Source: a candidate division Kazan bacterium
Lineage (GTDB): Bacteria > Patescibacteriota > Kazan-3B-28
NCBI GenBank assembly: GCA_003647645.1
Contig: QMNG01000003.1
Span: 1 to 59,986 of the forward strand
Reading direction: 5' to 3'
Length of the DNA stretch: 59,986 bases
Made by a program: the position numbers and the translations under genes. Every line of letters begins with the position of its first letter. Within the stretch, counting starts at the first letter, position 1. Under the pieces are notes generated by a model. It worked only from the letters and a program-made list of their open reading frames with translations. It was not told the DNA's origin and ran no database searches. This document shows positions 58,132 through 59,986 of the stretch, piece by piece.

Positions 58132-59985
58132 TTATAAATCACCCAGTATTTGCCCCAAGTCGCCCATTTCCTGAAAATTACCAGTTTTACCAAACGGCCA
58201 GAAGTCATTAGCATTAACCGAACCGTCATTGTTGAAATCAGCAATTGACCAAAGTCCCTCCCCTACCGGATTTCCAAAGAGCCCTAAGAATATTGAATAG
58301 TCATGAGAATTGATTGAATCATCCCGATTACCAAATACATCGTAACTGCCGCCAATATCCCCTACCAGAAGCTCTGGGAAGACAAGATCGAATGTTATAT
58401 CATCGCCGGTTGAATCGGGTATTGTAATATCTTCGGTGGCCCTTCGAGATATGTGCTGAGAGGTTTTAGCGAATACAGCATAAGTAAATCCCGGCTGTAG
58501 CTCGGTTGTAGCGATAGAGCCAGAATAAGTTCCGTCCTCTGCGATACTAATCATGCTGGCCGGAACTGTCACAGTAGCAACTTGCCCATATCGATCAATA
58601 TCGGCTACTTCGTATATATAGAGGGTAAATTGGGGGTCGGGCCGATATATCGGTGATTCTATCTCACCCATTTGAAGCGTAGTGGTGAAGTTGATGCTGA
58701 CAACGCCCTGACCGGTAATAAGCAGACTGAGAGGGACGGAAGTAACAACTATTTCGCCATCAATAGTAACATCAATGGTAAATGTCAGATCCTCATTAAG
58801 ATGTTCCAGACCCTCGGATGCGACGAGCATATCTAATTCCCAACCAAATGTGTCGCCGCCATACTCATCGCCGTCCATTGACACTAGTTCGTATGACTCA
58901 AGATCGCCAACAAATTCCGATATATCATAAGCCAGAACCACATCGCTCAGGCGCAATTCATCATTAATGTCGTTATCATGTACGAGTATGGTATAGATAA
59001 ATGTCCCACCTGGATTAGTAATAATATCCTCTGGGGTAACTGTAATTGTAAGCGGATCTTCGGTTATGGTAACTGGATCATAGCTAACGCTCAGCGATTC
59101 GAAGTACGGACGGGTAACATTCCAGTCGTAGGTGAACAGATCAACTTTAAACTGCACAGATTTCACTTCAGAAAGATTGGTGGCAACATTAAATCTAGAA
59201 ATATCAGAATATTCTGAATTAATCGTTGCATTAGTAAAAATCAGATAATAATCCCTATCTTGACTATCGGAATGCTGAGGTATTTCGTTAAGACCATCCA
59301 AAGTTATTGAATTGCCGTCAGCATCAATGAATGCCATGCCTACTTCAACATTTGCCCCACCGACCGGTCCGCTCGGATCCAGACCATATCCATCAATAAA
59401 TCCCCAATCAACATTCGCTGATGTGAATGATTCAATCGATTCGGTAAGTTCAATATCTGCAGAATAATAAACGCCGTTGAGAGGCAAGGGTGGAATTTCT
59501 CCCGATTCCTCTATTGAGAAAGCCTCAGAATTGAAATTTTTCCCGAACGAACCGACATCATCACCGGTAACATAGAGGGAGATAAGCGCATTGTCGGCAA
59601 AATCTTCAATGTTTGATATCAGAGTGCCATCTAATTTGGTTCCAACCTCCCAAGTGGCCGTAAACGGACCAGTGCCATCCTGCGGATTAATTATCATCGG
59701 TTCTAACCATTCGGCGTCCAGACATACGCCAGGATCTATCTGGCATAAGACAAATTCAATATTAATTGGCCCGGTAAGTGCTCGGTTTAACTCAAACTCG
59801 ATATCTTTGTTTTGGCCAACATACCAAACTTCTCCAGCCGAGGGATGCTCGATAGTTATAAAGAAGGGCTCTACAACCGGTTCGTTCACATTAAACCAGT
59901 TGGACTGACCATAAGGAAGTCCCCAATTATTATGAGCATCTTCTTCGTTCATTCTGACGGCAATTTCAACTTCATCCCAATCGTA
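58132..59985 (-). CDS. Acidic surface protein with a C-terminal dockerin-like duplicated Ca-binding motif (5' end outside window)
   Basis: Frame stays open to the window edge (YDWDEVEIAVR-MNEE...); GDIGG...DDSINSHDYS and ADFNNDGSVNANDF. Confidence 0.7.
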   Translation of the reverse strand, partial: YDWDEVEIAVRMNEEDAHNNWGLPYGQSNWFNVNEPVVEPFFITIEHPSAGEVWYVGQNKDIEFELNRALTGPINIEFVLCQIDPGVCLDAEWLEPMIINPQDGTGPFTATWEVGTKLDGTLISNIEDFADNALISLYVTGDDVGSFGKNFNSEAFSIEESGEIPPLPLNGVYYSADIELTESIESFTSANVDWGFIDGYGLDPSGPVGGANVEVGMAFIDADGNSITLDGLNEIPQHSDSQDRDYYLIFTNATINSEYSDISRFNVATNLSEVKSVQFKVDLFTYDWNVTRPYFESLSVSYDPVTITEDPLTITVTPEDIITNPGGTFIYTILVHDNDINDELRLSDVVLAYDISEFVGDLESYELVSMDGDEYGGDTFGWELDMLVASEGLEHLNEDLTFTIDVTIDGEIVVTSVPLSLLITGQGVVSINFTTTLQMGEIESPIYRPDPQFTLYIYEVADIDRYGQVATVTVPASMISIAEDGTYSGSIATTELQPGFTYAVFAKTSQHISRRATEDITIPDSTGDDITFDLVFPELLVGDIGGSYDVFGNRDDSINSHDYSIFLGLFGNPVGEGLWSIADFNNDGSVNANDFWPFGKTGNFQEMGDLGQILGDL

Positions 59986-59986
59986 A

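Overview
Chromosomal window of a small-genome bacterium, most consistent with Patescibacteria/CPR (inference from gene content, standalone PaaX/Cas2-like gene, intron-rich 23S with no adjacent 16S). Genetic code 11. It carries housekeeping genes (infC-rpmI-rplT, secG, udk, thrS, miaA, proS, argS, comM-like, def, fmt, obg), 9 tRNA genes (one cut by the window edge, one a rare tRNA-Leu(AAG)), an enlarged RNase P RNA (~840 nt), 5S rRNA and a ~5.3 kb 23S rRNA gene. The 23S gene holds three group I introns (sites equivalent to E. coli L1917, L1931, L2593; two encode LAGLIDADG homing endonucleases) and several hairpin inserts. There are also surface/glycosylation loci (DUF4012-GT4-GT4-sugar transferase; a WxL/DUF916-LysM cluster interleaved with GT-C enzymes; a cohesin/dockerin-like pair). 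The most striking signals are: (1) one family of ~130-165 nt elements with self-palindromic, mutually inverted ends and heptamer-repeat arms, inserted three times into RNase P RNA and three times into 23S rRNA, always in the same orientation; (2) a GIY-YIG nuclease gene sitting inside the same terminal inverted repeats as a dispersed TGTCA(T)...ATGACA REP-like family; (3) palindromes inserted in frame into housekeeping genes; (4) a group I intron that appears to end in A instead of the canonical G, separated from the next intron by a 14-nt exon. No CRISPR array or prophage was seen. RNA helix numbers and protein family calls are from motif recognition, not database searches.
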